From positions 37,471-101,470 of the IMG/VR virus record IMGVR_UViG_3300043419_000459: DNA of 64,000 nt; one strand, 5' to 3'. Source of the stretch: a virus. Below are positions 37,964 through 47,200 of this stretch, one piece after another. Made by a program: the position numbers and the translations under genes. Within the stretch, counting starts at the first letter, position 1; each line of letters opens with the position of its first letter. The notes beneath the pieces are model-generated. The model did not search any database and was not told the origin of the DNA. It worked only from the letters and a program-made list of their open reading frames with translations.

Positions 37964-39258
37964 TATATACCTACATTTAAGTGTATTATATTATTTTCTT
38001 CAATTTTTCCGTATAAAGTATAATCTAAACAGGTTGTTAAACCATCTTCAATATCATCTCTATATCCGGTTTGAACTTCATTATTATATCTCAATTGATT
38101 CCATCTACTATTATCATCACGCCATCTACCACCATTGAATCCGCAATCATCATGTTCTAATTTTAATATTTTACTTTCCCGTCTATATGGTGTATAAGAA
38201 TAATAATTTTTAAATGGTTTAAATTTGTCTAAATATACATTAAAAAATTCTCCATGATTATCATTACCCGATTTATCATTTAGAGTATAATTTTCTATGT
38301 TATAATTATAGTAATCTATTTTTACATCTCCATTTTGTTCTACGAACATTTCGTTTATACTTCCTTTAAAAAAACTTTCTAATTTAGAATCCGACCCAAT
38401 AATAATTGAATTTGTATCCGAATAATTATGTATATAATTTAAAAGTTTAATATTATATACATTTTCGTTTACTGAAAATTCTATTGATTTTTCTTTTTTA
38501 TTGTATTTAATTTTTATTTTGTTATGAGATTTTACCACTATATCCGAATGTGCGTCGTAATATATTCCATCTTTGTCAAAAATTTGTAAATAAAATCTAT
38601 TAAAAGAATTATAAAATAATTTTAAATCATATCCAGCTATTGTTAGTATTGGAAATATATCAAATTGTTTATTTACATCATATACAACTCTATCTAAATT
38701 TATATCAATTTCTATATTAAAATTTCTATTATAATTTATAATATTTGGAACAATTGCATATGCATTTACACCATTAAAAATCGGTAATGATTCTTTACTT
38801 ATATCTTCAATTATATGTTTTGCAAATGGTATATTATTTTTTATACACCTATAACGTAAATCATCATCTTCAAACCCCCATCCCCAATATAAATTAGAAA
38901 AACCATTTATTTTTTCAAATAGATTAGTAGGAAATAAAGTCATCCCACCGAAGTAGGATTCAAATGGAATATTATCGGTTGCTAAATGAACCGGTACTTT
39001 TGAATACGAATAATCAACATCAACCGGTATCATATCAATATCGTGAATTACTATATAATCACAATTTTCTTTTTGTGCTTCTATGAATCCAATATTGCAT
39101 AGCATTCCACGATTAAATAATTTAGCGTCATCTTGTTCAACAATTATAATTTTAAAATCTATGTTTTTAGATTTTAAATATTCAGTTATACTTTCTTGAA
39201 ATTGAATAAGATGTTCATAACGATTTCTATATGGAACGATTACACCAAGTTTATGCAT
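37963..39258 (-). CDS. GT7 (beta-1,4-galactosyltransferase-like) with inserted LamG-like domain
   Basis: VPYRNR, FNRG, HDID, YFGG, NGFSNLYWGWGFEDDD. Confidence 0.85.
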   Translation of the reverse strand: MHKLGVIVPYRNRYEHLIQFQESITEYLKSKNIDFKIIIVEQDDAKLFNRGMLCNIGFIEAQKENCDYIVIHDIDMIPVDVDYSYSKVPVHLATDNIPFESYFGGMTLFPTNLFEKINGFSNLYWGWGFEDDDLRYRCIKNNIPFAKHIIEDISKESLPIFNGVNAYAIVPNIINYNRNFNIEIDINLDRVVYDVNKQFDIFPILTIAGYDLKLFYNSFNRFYLQIFDKDGIYYDAHSDIVVKSHNKIKIKYNKKEKSIEFSVNENVYNIKLLNYIHNYSDTNSIIIGSDSKLESFFKGSINEMFVEQNGDVKIDYYNYNIENYTLNDKSGNDNHGEFFNVYLDKFKPFKNYYSYTPYRRESKILKLEHDDCGFNGGRWRDDNSRWNQLRYNNEVQTGYRDDIEDGLTTCLDYTLYGKIEENNIIHLNVGI

Positions 39259-39475
39259 TTGGGGTTTCTTCTTCTTTTGGAACTAATTTATGAAATTCTG
39301 ATAAATACCATTGAATTCTTGGGCCCCATTCTTCTTTATCGATATCTTCAAACCAAATAGTAAGTGCGTCCACCGAATTAGCAATCTTTTCCAATGCTTT
39401 TACTTTTCTTTGTTCTAATAAAAATAATTCATCTTGATTATTTGCCGGAGTTTCTGTTTTTGTTGCTTTTGCCAT
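39251..39475 (-). CDS. Hypothetical protein
   Basis: 74-aa ORF with its own upstream promoter. Confidence 0.55.
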   Translation of the reverse strand: MAKATKTETPANNQDELFLLEQRKVKALEKIANSVDALTIWFEDIDKEEWGPRIQWYLSEFHKLVPKEEETPNA

Positions 39476-39490
39476 AATAACTTATTTTTT

Positions 39491-39522
39491 TAAATATACA
39501 ATTTTTTACTGATATTACCAAA
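39491..39522 (-). promoter_or_regulatory. Bacteroidota-type promoter TTTG-N20-TATATTTA inside the glycan cluster
   Basis: Same architecture as 13989-14020 and 54839-54870. Confidence 0.65.
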
Positions 39523-40371
39523 TTATATTGATATTATTATTTTCAATAATTTATCCCATTGTTCGTACCAATACCACTCACATTGTTCAAACATAAACTC
39601 AGAATTAGTTACATCAATTTGGAAATTATTTCTTCTTATTGCCTCATACATTTTTTGATATTCATCTGAATACGAATAATCTTTCTTAATATCTGCTACT
39701 GCTTTAATTCTTTCTACACAAGTACTATCCCATTTAACATGATGTACCTGTACGTTATATTCATCAACAGGTGCAATTAACGGATGGTTCCAACCTTGCC
39801 ATCTCCATGTTGTTTGTCCATTTATTTTTGCATAATGTTGACCAGATGTTATTTCAATATGACCTTTCATTACGCAAACTTTATTTGGACATGCTCCTGA
39901 TAAAGGATATCTAAAAAATCCAGCTAAAGGGAATTGTTTAAGTATATCTTGCTTATCGTTTATTTCAGGAAAGGTTCCATCAATTCCAATTCTATCAATA
40001 AATCCACCTCTAACTAATTCCCAACCATTCTCTTCACAATCTTCTATTATTTTATCAATAGGTTTTGAATACATATGAAACTCATCATCATCCGCAACTA
40101 CCCACCAATCATTAGGATGTAACATTTTAGTTTCATTATATAATTGAGTAACATATTCCCAATTAAATTTTTCTTTTGTTTCTCTTCTTACAATTTTAGC
40201 TTTAGGAAATTTAGAAACAATCTCTTGTACCAAATCATATGTAGAAAAATTTTCCCATTCATAAACTATTACATAAATTTCATCAACAATTTCAGTATAA
40301 TGAGATAACATATGAGGTAGAGTGTTTGTTCTACTTCCTGTTACTGTAACTAATCTTATTTTTTTATTCAT
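39523..40371 (-). CDS. GT-A fold glycosyltransferase (GT2/GT92-like)
   Basis: L.H.L.HY...VD, WVVADDDEF (DxD), GQH, HH.KW. Confidence 0.7.
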   Translation of the reverse strand: MNKKIRLVTVTGSRTNTLPHMLSHYTEIVDEIYVIVYEWENFSTYDLVQEIVSKFPKAKIVRRETKEKFNWEYVTQLYNETKMLHPNDWWVVADDDEFHMYSKPIDKIIEDCEENGWELVRGGFIDRIGIDGTFPEINDKQDILKQFPLAGFFRYPLSGACPNKVCVMKGHIEITSGQHYAKINGQTTWRWQGWNHPLIAPVDEYNVQVHHVKWDSTCVERIKAVADIKKDYSYSDEYQKMYEAIRRNNFQIDVTNSEFMFEQCEWYWYEQWDKLLKIIISI

Positions 40372-40377
40372 ATTTTT

Positions 40378-41136
40378 TTAAAGCTTTCTTGTTAACATTG
40401 CTAAACCAGTACTTGAAGAATTTACATCTAACATACGAAAATTTTTTAAATTTACCAAATTCCAATCACTATTTTTTTCTAAATCTTTTAAATATTTCGC
40501 CGGGCCATCAAATGCAACAAAGTCTTTCTTTGAATTTTCAGTAACTAAAAATGTATCATGATAAAATTGGTCTGTGTCGTGAATTGTTATAATTGCATTT
40601 TCTGACATAATAGTTGAATATAATTCAAAATCTTTTTTAACTCCATCATATGAATGGTCTCCGTCAATATGCAGATAATCAATTTTAATATTCTGTCTTA
40701 CAAAATAGTCGTAAAAGGCTCTTTCGGATGTTTCTAAAATAACTTGTGGTTGAAAATGTTGTCTTAAAAAACTATTCTCCTCAGTCCAATCGGTAAATCC
40801 ACCAACACCATTTGCCGCATCTATTATTATAGTCGTACCTATATCACCCCATTCGTTTTGTCCATTACCCTTAAATATTCCCTGTGAGTGTAAATCCATT
40901 CTTGCTTGTGTCATAAGTCTAGGAATAAATCCTCCTCCTGACCCAATACAAACGCATACCTTTGCTCTAATAAATTGAATGAAAGAGTATATCAAAAGAC
41001 CATCGCCCAAATGTAAATCAGTTGCACCATGCGCCCATCTATATTTTACAGGCTCCAAAATCATTTCATTATTCTCATCGAATGTATGATTATTTGTTAA
41101 ATATTGTTTTATATATTCTTTATTAAATAAGTCCAT
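40378..41136 (-). CDS. Class I SAM-dependent methyltransferase (Methyltransf_24-like)
   Basis: IGSGGG, IDYLHIDGDHSYDGV..D, I..HD. Confidence 0.85.
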   Translation of the reverse strand: MDLFNKEYIKQYLTNNHTFDENNEMILEPVKYRWAHGATDLHLGDGLLIYSFIQFIRAKVCVCIGSGGGFIPRLMTQARMDLHSQGIFKGNGQNEWGDIGTTIIIDAANGVGGFTDWTEENSFLRQHFQPQVILETSERAFYDYFVRQNIKIDYLHIDGDHSYDGVKKDFELYSTIMSENAIITIHDTDQFYHDTFLVTENSKKDFVAFDGPAKYLKDLEKNSDWNLVNLKNFRMLDVNSSSTGLAMLTRKL

Positions 41137-41908
41137 TTGGAATTAATATTTTTGGTTTTATAAATTCATGTAAAAAATCATAAGACTGCTTTCCATTAAA
41201 ATGAAAATTATTTTTAGGATATTCGTTTTTTATAGAATATATCCACTCCAACATACCACCACCAAATGGAGTTTTAATAACGTCCGTAAATATAAATTTG
41301 TTATAATTTATTTTATTTAACAATACAGGAACACTATCGGTATCTTTGTATATATCTTGCATTCTTTCTATTTTTTCTAAAACATTTTCACGCAATCCAT
41401 AGTAATCACCACTCATATTCATCAAATTTTTTATTTGTTGAATTGTTGTTGATAATGTAAATAAATTACCAATTGTAATCATACTATATGGAATATTTTC
41501 TGAATCTAAAAATTGTTGAGTAAACAATATATTTTCTAAAGTATCGATTACAGCACCATATACCGAATAATAGTTTTCATAAAAATTTTTATTCTTTCCT
41601 TCTAAATTACTTCCATTTGGCCAATATCTTACAAAAGTTGGATGTTCTTCCAATCCAATCGGATAATCCCACCTATCTATCGTACTCCATTGAATGATAA
41701 TGTAATCCCAATTTTGCTCCATAGATTTTTTTGTAACCATTCTTTTTATCAATTCATTACTTGCACCTGGTAAACTTATATTACACACATATAAATTATC
41801 TACAAATTCTTCGTGCATCCAATCTGCCCAACTATTTTCTTTTATGTCATTTTCATTATTCGTATGATGTGAAAAAGAACATCCAACTACTAATATACTT
41901 TTTTTCAT
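41123..41908 (-). CDS. SGNH-hydrolase-like protein, paralogue 3
   Basis: GCSFS, SW, PGASN..I, QWS...R, C-terminal HF. Confidence 0.5.
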   Translation of the reverse strand: MKKSILVVGCSFSHHTNNENDIKENSWADWMHEEFVDNLYVCNISLPGASNELIKRMVTKKSMEQNWDYIIIQWSTIDRWDYPIGLEEHPTFVRYWPNGSNLEGKNKNFYENYYSVYGAVIDTLENILFTQQFLDSENIPYSMITIGNLFTLSTTIQQIKNLMNMSGDYYGLRENVLEKIERMQDIYKDTDSVPVLLNKINYNKFIFTDVIKTPFGGGMLEWIYSIKNEYPKNNFHFNGKQSYDFLHEFIKPKILIPNGLI

Positions 41909-43269
41909 TATTCAAAAATAAACTTTTTTACATCAACCATACCATCCGTAAATTTAGAAAGTATTTTTTGCTTTGTATCAATTAATTTGTATTTGTTTTT
42001 CTTATAGTATTCTTCGATATCAAATTCTCCCGAATTAATTTTGTCTATTAATTCTTTTAATTTTTTAGTTATAATTTCACCTTGCTCATATGGACTTTCT
42101 ATTTTATAGTAAGAATTATCTAATCCGAATAAGTCTAAAGAATTATAACAATCCAATTCTTCTAACATTTCATAAAATCTATTTGCTCCATATATTATAA
42201 AAAACTTTTCAGTCAATATTGGATAATAAGACTTTTCTGAAAAATATGAAAACATTGTATGAAACAAAATATGCGTTTCACCTACCACATCTATATAACT
42301 TTTTTTATATTCTTTATGTTCTAAATAGTGTCTTAAATGAGACCAAAAATCTTTACCCAATGTATCAGATAATTTTTTTGAATAATATTCATATCCTCTA
42401 TAATCTATATTTTTAAAATAATCATATAACCACTTACTTTGCATTAAACAATTATCGGTAGAATATACAAATCCTTTATTTTTTCTTTCTTCATATTCAT
42501 CATACATCAATTTATTTAATGTACAATAACCATAATCCACTATATCCAAATCATATAATTTATTTATTACATTCATTCTATGTGGTCTGGGTTTTAAAGT
42601 TAAATGTGAGTATATTTTTTCTGCGTTTGAAATTTCTTCGATTGGAAATAAATTATGAATACTTTTAACATTATTATCTCTAAACATTTCATTTACCTGA
42701 AAACTCATTAAATCTCCAACTATGTGAAATACATTAAAAGTTTTTGAAAAAATAAAATTATCATCACCATTAAATAATTCGTAATCTGTAATTTTTATAC
42801 AATCAAACCCGTAGTTGTATTTTATTAAAAAATAATTTAAACTTTCATATTCATTTGGTTCAAAGAATGCAAAATTAAAAATTACTTTTACATTTCTTTC
42901 TTTATATCGATTTATCAATCTATTGAACTCCGATATACCATATTGTTTAAACACAAAATCAAAATACCTTTCAAATATCCACCTATCATAAATAACAATA
43001 GAATCTTCAGGAGGATTCATATAAAAATCAAATTCTAAATCAGTTAATCTTGTTGTTGGATTTGCTTGTAATGCAGAATTCGGCATAGATGATATATGAA
43101 GTTGTATTAATTCAATTTTATCATTTACATTTATTTCTAATTCTATAATATATGGTTTGGTTTCCCTTATATCATAATATTTTAAATTATCAAATTTTTT
43201 TAAAATTTTTATATTATTTTCAGAAAACAATGCGTAAAATAAACCCTCTTGTCCTACAAATTTTTTCAT
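41908..43269 (-). CDS. Putative GT-B glycosyltransferase (GT10-like motif), divergent paralogue 3
   Basis: KPRPHR; YIDVVGET...FSEKSYYP....FIIYG. Confidence 0.5.
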   Translation of the reverse strand: MKKFVGQEGLFYALFSENNIKILKKFDNLKYYDIRETKPYIIELEINVNDKIELIQLHISSMPNSALQANPTTRLTDLEFDFYMNPPEDSIVIYDRWIFERYFDFVFKQYGISEFNRLINRYKERNVKVIFNFAFFEPNEYESLNYFLIKYNYGFDCIKITDYELFNGDDNFIFSKTFNVFHIVGDLMSFQVNEMFRDNNVKSIHNLFPIEEISNAEKIYSHLTLKPRPHRMNVINKLYDLDIVDYGYCTLNKLMYDEYEERKNKGFVYSTDNCLMQSKWLYDYFKNIDYRGYEYYSKKLSDTLGKDFWSHLRHYLEHKEYKKSYIDVVGETHILFHTMFSYFSEKSYYPILTEKFFIIYGANRFYEMLEELDCYNSLDLFGLDNSYYKIESPYEQGEIITKKLKELIDKINSGEFDIEEYYKKNKYKLIDTKQKILSKFTDGMVDVKKFIFE

Positions 43270-44240
43270 ATTATTTCTTTTATTTTTTTAACCCATTTTT
43301 GTTTATTGGTATATTTTGTAAGACCTTTTCTTAATTTGCAAAATTCTAAATTTACTTTTGTAAAATCTTCTTCCAATATTTGCAAATATATTTTATTGAA
43401 TTCTTTTTTAGTTTTTGCTCTATATTTGTAATCAATATGTTTCATCCAATCTGTATGTATAATTGGAACTTTACCATTATCAACTGCATCAAAAATTGCA
43501 TAACCAAATGGTTCTTTTGTATAACATCCATGAAATATTTGAAAATTACTTTCAAAAAATTTATTATGGAATGTATAATTAAATTCCATAAACCTATGAT
43601 AATCCGAATTTGTATTTGAACCTTCTAACATTCGTTTATAATCATATTTGTTTGAAAATATAATTGATGGTATGTAATCTAAATAATGTGCGTTTTTTCT
43701 TGTTTCACATCTAGCAGCGTATCCAATTTTATTAGTTATAATTCCTGTAAATGGTTTATTTTGTTTCCATTCATAGTAGTTTGTAATGGTTTTTGTTTTT
43801 GGATATTCTTTATGTATTGTATCATCTTCATAACCTATCCAAACTATATTGTCCGAATTATCTAATATTTGTTTTTGCCAATCCCAATCTACTTTTGTCA
43901 TTATATTTTCATAATCAGAATTTAATCCTAACATATCAGGAATAAAAGCATGAACAAATGTAAGATAAGTTTTGTGTAAATAATTTTTAATTATAGGATT
44001 TGGTTTGTAAGAATGGTGTAAGAAAATAATTTTATCACATTCTTGTAATATTCTATCAACTTCTTTTTCATTTTCGTAAGTGTAGATTGCACCGATTTCT
44101 TTAACCAATGGCCTGCCATCAATTATTATTTTGTAATCTTCTTTTACTAATGGCAAAATATTTTCTATAAAGTTATTGCACCATAAATCCGCACCACCAA
44201 TAACATTTTTTCCGTAACCTGTTGTAATGAATACTATCAT
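43266..44240 (-). CDS. GT-B glycosyltransferase (GT4-like)
   Basis: N-terminal GGAD; AR...RKN; EPFGY...DA...G..PI. Confidence 0.7.
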   Translation of the reverse strand: MIVFITTGYGKNVIGGADLWCNNFIENILPLVKEDYKIIIDGRPLVKEIGAIYTYENEKEVDRILQECDKIIFLHHSYKPNPIIKNYLHKTYLTFVHAFIPDMLGLNSDYENIMTKVDWDWQKQILDNSDNIVWIGYEDDTIHKEYPKTKTITNYYEWKQNKPFTGIITNKIGYAARCETRKNAHYLDYIPSIIFSNKYDYKRMLEGSNTNSDYHRFMEFNYTFHNKFFESNFQIFHGCYTKEPFGYAIFDAVDNGKVPIIHTDWMKHIDYKYRAKTKKEFNKIYLQILEEDFTKVNLEFCKLRKGLTKYTNKQKWVKKIKEII

Positions 44241-47200
44241 ATATCATTTAATTTTGGAACTCTTTCCGGTCTAGTTGAATCTAAATACTCACCTTTATAA
44301 TTTTCTGTTTTATAATTTCCATTTACATCATATAATGGCGATTTTAATATTTCTTTGTCATTCCTTTCAGCAATAACCATCCAATCTATTTTGACATTTG
44401 ATTCTACATTTTCAGAAATAACATAAACACTTCCACTTTCAACATAACCTTTTACTCTATCAAATGTTTGATTATTTTGTAAAAACAATTGTGGATTTTT
44501 TGTTAAAACATCAAATGTACCAATTGTCATATTGGATGCAGAATCTATACTCATACTACCTTCTCCATTTTCTAATTCTATCGTACCTCTATAAATCAAA
44601 TCTGCTCTCGGTGACTCCGTTGAAGTATGATATAACCATTTGTTCTCATTAAGTGGGTGTTGAATTTTAAATTGTTTGCTATTGGCACTAAATCCACCTA
44701 AAATATTTAATGAACCTATAATCTGTGATTTACCTTTAATTATAAAAAAGTTTGATGATTCTCCTGAAGTACCTTCGGGTACCGAAGCATTTAAATAATT
44801 TCTAACCCCTTGATAAACCTGTAAACCACCGGGAGAAAAGACAGAATAACCATTTTGTACTCTACCATATTTAACAAAAATATCACTAGCCGGTCTGTTT
44901 GCATAGATAACACTATCGAAATTCCCACCATCTACTTGTAAATACCAAAATTGTTGCAATTCTACTCTATACCACACAGCCGTACCCGGTGTATTAATTC
45001 CACCACCACCTTGTGCTGATATCGTTGCTCCATATACTTGTTCATTATCGATATTTTCTAATTGTGTACCTCCCGAAGTATATGATTGTCTAAATTCTCG
45101 GTATGCAACCAACGCTGTCTTTGTACCATATGTCATGTTTTGGTTGGTCTGATTTTCGGCATCCGTTTGAGTTGGATATTGTCTAACTCTTAAAGTACAA
45201 TTCCAATATCCATAAACGGTATGAGTTTCACCAAAGGCAGGAAGTGCTGCGTAACCAAATATTGTGTTTGATATAACTGGGAAGTCTTCAGCCTCTACAA
45301 ATATTTCTTCTTCAGCATATTGTAATCCAATAATACCACAACTGGTTCCATAATTATAACTACATCCATTTGGTAATGTAAATCCAGTATCTACTTCCGC
45401 AGTAGATGGTGAATCCGTTCCATATACTATGTCTAAGTTTTGACCAGAATTAGACCAATTTAAAGATGCTGTATCGGATACGGTAATTGCAGATATATTT
45501 GATGATGCATCAATTCTAACTCTATCCAATGTATCGGTACCGGTTGCCTGTGTAATTGATATTCTCTGTGCATTGGATGCTAATCGTAATGTATACGCAC
45601 CAACTGTTTTATAAAAACCAGTACCATCCATAGTCCAACCCGCAACTTGACCCGTATCAAAAACTGCGTTTTTACCGGAAAAAGCCAATGATGCAATATT
45701 TCCGGCTACAATACTATTTGCAGCAATTTGATTTGTAGTAATGGATTGACCATCTATATATGTACTAACATTATTTGGTAGAATTTTATTTAAAGTTGCA
45801 AATGCACCTAATCCACTAACTTGTGCGGTAGTGACACCATTTGCAGTTGCCAATGTACCCAATCCGCTAACTTGTGTATTTGAAATGGTAACACCTGCAC
45901 TTAATGTTAAAGATGTTGCCGTTATGTTTCCACTAATTGATGCGTTTGTAGCAGTCAGTACACCCGATGGACTTACCCTAAAAGGTGCGGATGAAAATGT
46001 TGCATTACCCAAATAAATTCCATTAGTATCTGCTTTAAAAATACTATCGCCACTACCTATTGAAATCGTACCACCTTGTAATGCTCCAGTGAATGTACCC
46101 GCAGCTGCCGAAAGATTTCCGGCAAAAGTACCGCCAGCTGCGGAAAGTGTTCCTTTAAATACCGCATCTCCATTAGAATCCACATAAAACGTTTTAGTAG
46201 CAATTCTTCCATTATCTAAATCTATAATACTACCAGCAGTTGTATATGGTGTCCCTGCCGAATAATTTGTAGAAATAATTTTACCAGTAGATATGTTACT
46301 ACCATTGATTAATGTTGTTCCTGCTACACCGAATGATAAAGCATTTGTTCCATCTGTGACATTATTGGCTGCTGTAAATGATACCAATCCACTAAATCCA
46401 ATTGCTTGAGTCGGTGTACCAAATGTTGGAGTACCCGTTCCGCCACCGGCAGTAGTTTCTACAACAGTATAAGTTGCGTACCAATATTTATTTGTATTTC
46501 CACTTGCATATGTTGGTGCTCCCGTACCCCAATTGTTAGTTAAATCGGTGAATGTACCATTACTAAATGTAAAAGAAGTTGCGGATGGTGATGTTGGTGC
46601 CGAAGTTGCGGTTAATTGATAATGAACCATACCAGTTGCAGTTCGTTTACCATCTGCTCCCGTTGCACCATTGGCACCGGCTGCACCAGTTATTGCTTTT
46701 GATATTGTAAATTTAATTGTAGATGTTCCAGAGGTTCCTTCCGAATCAACATATTGAATTGTTACAACGCCCGTATTATCATTTGATGATACACCCGTTA
46801 CGTCTATCGTAGATGTCGATGGTGTTGTACTTACAACCGTTACACCGGTTACATTTGTTATTTTAAATTCCGATGTAGTTAACGTTCCTTGATTATATGT
46901 TAAAGTAGATGACCCTTCAAATGCAGTTAAAACTGGGTCAACAATTGTACCCGTTAAAGTTCCTGCACTATTCGCATTTACAGTTTGTGAATTTGGTGTT
47001 ACAGAAAATGTAATTGTAGGTGGTGCTTTTTTAACTTTAGATAAACTCAATGTGTCGGTTAAAATTCTACTAACACCTTCAGAATCAATTACTACTGCCG
47101 TAATTATTATAGTAGTCGAATTAACACCATCTGCCAATGTTCTTCCATTTAATGTAACAATTCCTGTTGTGTAATCGGTTACAATGGATGAAATATTAGA

